From assembly GCA_904063045.1 (NCBI GenBank), contig CAJFCJ010000006.1, forward strand, positions 744,001 to 808,000: a stretch of 64,000 nucleotides of DNA, given 5' to 3'. This document shows positions 61,779-64,000 of the stretch, piece after piece. The stretch is from Dimorphilus gyrociliatus. Lineage: Eukaryota; Animalia; Annelida. Under the pieces are notes generated by a model. That model searched no databases. It saw only the letters and a list, made by a program, of their open reading frames with translations, and was not told where the DNA came from. A program made the translations under genes and the position numbers. Position 1 is the stretch's first letter. Each line of letters opens with the position of its first letter.

Positions 61779-64000
61779 TCATACGCGCTTATGTTCAGAA
61801 AATGGGTCGTGCTCTGACTCATAATCCAAATGAACAAAGGCTCTCTCTACCTCCGGCAAATATTCAATCTTGTGCTGTGGATAATAACATGACTACTATG
61901 AATTCTAGCTTTTAATTGAATATCAAACCTGCAGTGATTCTCCTATGTCATGTGATTCTTTAAGTGTCATATCCTCAGGTAAAACGATATCGACCTCAGC
62001 AATAAAATTCGAACCAAAATGATACACTCGTACAGTGTCTATTAACTGGAAAAATTCATTTGTCAATCTTATAAAAGAACAATTTTCAGATGAAGAAACA
62101 TAGAATTTAAAGATATAGAATATGTTTAAAAGTCAAATAACATAGCATCTTGATTTTTACTTGTAGCAATCCTTTTAGAAGATTCTACATGGACAACATT
62201 AGTTTTTCGAAATCTAAGCATATTTCTGATACTATCCCTTAACTCTTTGCGAAATATTAGAAAAACGGCTATATTAAACCATGAATTTGAATACGATATT
62301 ATGTAGATGGTATTTTCAGTAATGCGAAATGAGTTGGAGATTGGTCCACAAAAAGATACATACAATCTAACTATTTGAACAGGTAAATTACATAAAATAA
62401 ACAGAATTATCAGGACTATAAGCATTTTCATGGACTTTTGTGTATCATCGTCTCGCGAACCATTTTCTTTTAATCTACGGGATAGTGTTTTCAAAACTCT
62501 ACTGTAGCAATAAGCAATAATTGTGAGTGGAATTACAAACAGCACAAAAAAATCTAGTATCACAAAGGAACGATTAAATTTCATAAAGTTTGGGTCGAAG
62601 GTGCAGGCATGTCTTGAGATTCCATCAGAGCTTGTTACCACGATTAAATCAAAAGTTAATGGAATTTTGATTGAATATATTGTAGCAAATAGCCATATGA
62701 GGGAAATGAATAATGCTGACTTTTTCAATGACATCATTTGACTTCCTTTTTCCAAAGCTATGACATTGTATTTTACGATCGCAATACTTGCAATTGATAG
62801 CACGCTTGCAACCGAACTTGAAGACGACATATAGTGACACAGCTTACAGAGTATACTTCCCAGGTATTGTTCTGAAAACATTCCTGTTATCCGAGCAGGC
62901 ACGACCAGCAAGCCTAAAGATGCTCTTGCCGTCAACAAAGATAACAGAAACAAGTTGCTTACTTGTCTCCTCAGACGCGGATCCTTTGAAATAGAAACTG
63001 CGATGACAATATTTCCAGCAACGATCAAAACTATACATGAACTGTACAAAGTTATAAAAGTATATCGGAAAGTTTCGACTGTCTCAGCTTCAGGTCTTGG
63101 CGAATCGTTTTCATTCATAGTAGTTTCACTTTGTTCTCTAAATTCGGTGGTTACTTGATTTAAAAGCATATTCTGCTCTAAAAGTTTCTCCAGTTGAAGA
63201 AAAACAGCTCAATGAGTACGATGAACGCAAACTGATCGTCAGCAAACACTAATTACAAATCGATGACTTACACATAAAAAAGCATTCCTACATGTTTAAT
63301 GGATCTAGATCTATAATAAATGCGTGTAACAAAGAGACACTATCGAATGCTACAGCCGATATCATGAAAAAAAACTTACTAAAATTGACGGATCGTGATT
63401 TAGGGCTATCCAAGTAATTTTTTTCATTATATCAGGTCGGGCAGTGTGGCCAGTCAGCATTTTAATTTGCTCTGAAAGCATTGATAAACAATTACAAAAA
63501 GATTATGTTTAAAATTATATACCATTGCCAGTAATCGACCAACTGACGATAATGTAAAAGCTGATAAGTATGGCACCAATTGGATCCGTATACGACCACC
63601 ATTTGTAACCTATATAACCGCAAATAAGAGCAACAGAGTTTGAAAGCGTGTCATTTCGATGATCTTCAGCTAATGCTTGGGTTGTAGGAACAGGTACTCG
63701 ACGGCAAGTTAAAAATAAAATCAGTTTGATAATAATTGTCAAAACTAAAATTATAATTGTTGCTATATCGATATTTAAGGTAGATGAATCCTTGGTTGCG
63801 TAATTAATAATTTTTTCTATGGATTCTCTAATCATTTGAACAGATGCTAAAGCCATTACAACTGATAAAATGACAATAGCAATAGGTTCTAGTTTTGTTC
63901 TTCCTCCAGGATAAGAATATATATCTCTTTTTTTCATAACTCTCGAGCTCCACCACATGAGGGCACCACTTGCTAGATCAACAGCTGAGTCTATTGCTGA
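61779..64000 (-). CDS. Cation diffusion facilitator of the Mn-CDF (plant MTP8-11-like) group; 5' part outside the window
   Basis: TM2 DSAVD and TM5 DHRND (DxxxD motifs); [17 protein letters not shown]; [14 protein letters not shown]. After a 1334-nt intron (63379-62046) come [39 protein letters not shown] and [31 protein letters not shown] (TGA 61779-61781). Confidence 0.92.
62126..63169 (-). CDS. Intronless orphan class A (rhodopsin-like) GPCR, 347 aa, nested in the CDF intron
   Basis: Seven hydrophobic segments; GN in TM1; Cys at the top of TM3 and in ECL2; W4.50; P5.50...CY in TM5; helix-8-like [13 protein letters not shown]. Confidence 0.85.
   Translation of the reverse strand: MLLNQVTTEFREQSETTMNENDSPRPEAETVETFRYTFITLYSSCIVLIVAGNIVIAVSISKDPRLRRQVSNLFLLSLLTARASLGLLVVPARITGMFSEQYLGSILCKLCHYMSSSSSVASVLSIASIAIVKYNVIALEKGSQMMSLKKSALFISLIWLFATIYSIKIPLTFDLIVVTSSDGISRHACTFDPNFMKFNRSFVILDFFVLFVIPLTIIAYCYSRVLKTLSRRLKENGSRDDDTQKSMKMLIVLIILFILCNLPVQIVRLYVSFCGPISNSFRITENTIYIISYSNSWFNIAVFLIFRKELRDSIRNMLRFRKTNVVHVESSKRIATSKNQDAMLFDF

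Noticed and set aside
57758-63169. Functional GPCR-G-alpha-i pairing by proximity
   Set aside because: AMT and CDF exons lie between them, and GPCRs are numerous, so adjacency is expected by chance.
1-64000. tRNA, rRNA, CRISPR arrays, transposases and U12 (AT-AC or GTATCCTT) introns
   Set aside because: None were recognised on either strand by eye; tRNAscan, Infernal and RepeatMasker would be needed to exclude weak hits.

Overview
This is a gene-dense, AT-rich animal genomic window with about 23 protein-coding genes in 64 kb. Most introns are 50-70 nt and most intergenic gaps are 0.1-1.3 kb. The gene set (sortilin, MEST, HYKK, UNC79, XLF, a plant-MTP-like Mn-CDF) and the compaction suggest a miniaturised-genome lophotrochozoan, for example a meiofaunal annelid such as Dimorphilus; this is inference, not proof. 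Gene order: UNC79(+, 5'-truncated), YAF2/RYBP(-), orphan TM(+), TOP2(-), GTF2B(+), orphan(+), AASS(-), CFAP100/CCDC38-like(-), AP-1/2 beta adaptin(-), ABCA3-like(+), MED31(-, absent from the ORF track), INPP4(+), NRF1-DBD-like orphan(+), SORT1(-), MEST(+), HYKK(+), ~88-aa orphan(+), NHEJ1/XLF(+), secreted 10-Cys protein(+), G-alpha-i(-), AMT(+), and a Mn-type cation diffusion facilitator(-, 5'-truncated). Highlights: (1) an intronless, motif-degenerate class A GPCR nested on the same strand inside the transporter's one large intron; (2) a secreted protein with two tandem C-x14/15-C-x4-KRCxCxC modules that I do not recognise; (3) several frame-preserving small or micro-exon candidates in enlarged UNC79 introns; (4) a spliced orphan with a remote NRF1/EWG-like DNA-binding motif; (5) MED31 with a GC-AG intron, an N-terminal extension and an overlapping uORF. 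I saw no rRNA, tRNA, CRISPR array or recognisable transposon. All homology calls are by eye from remembered family motifs; no searches were run.
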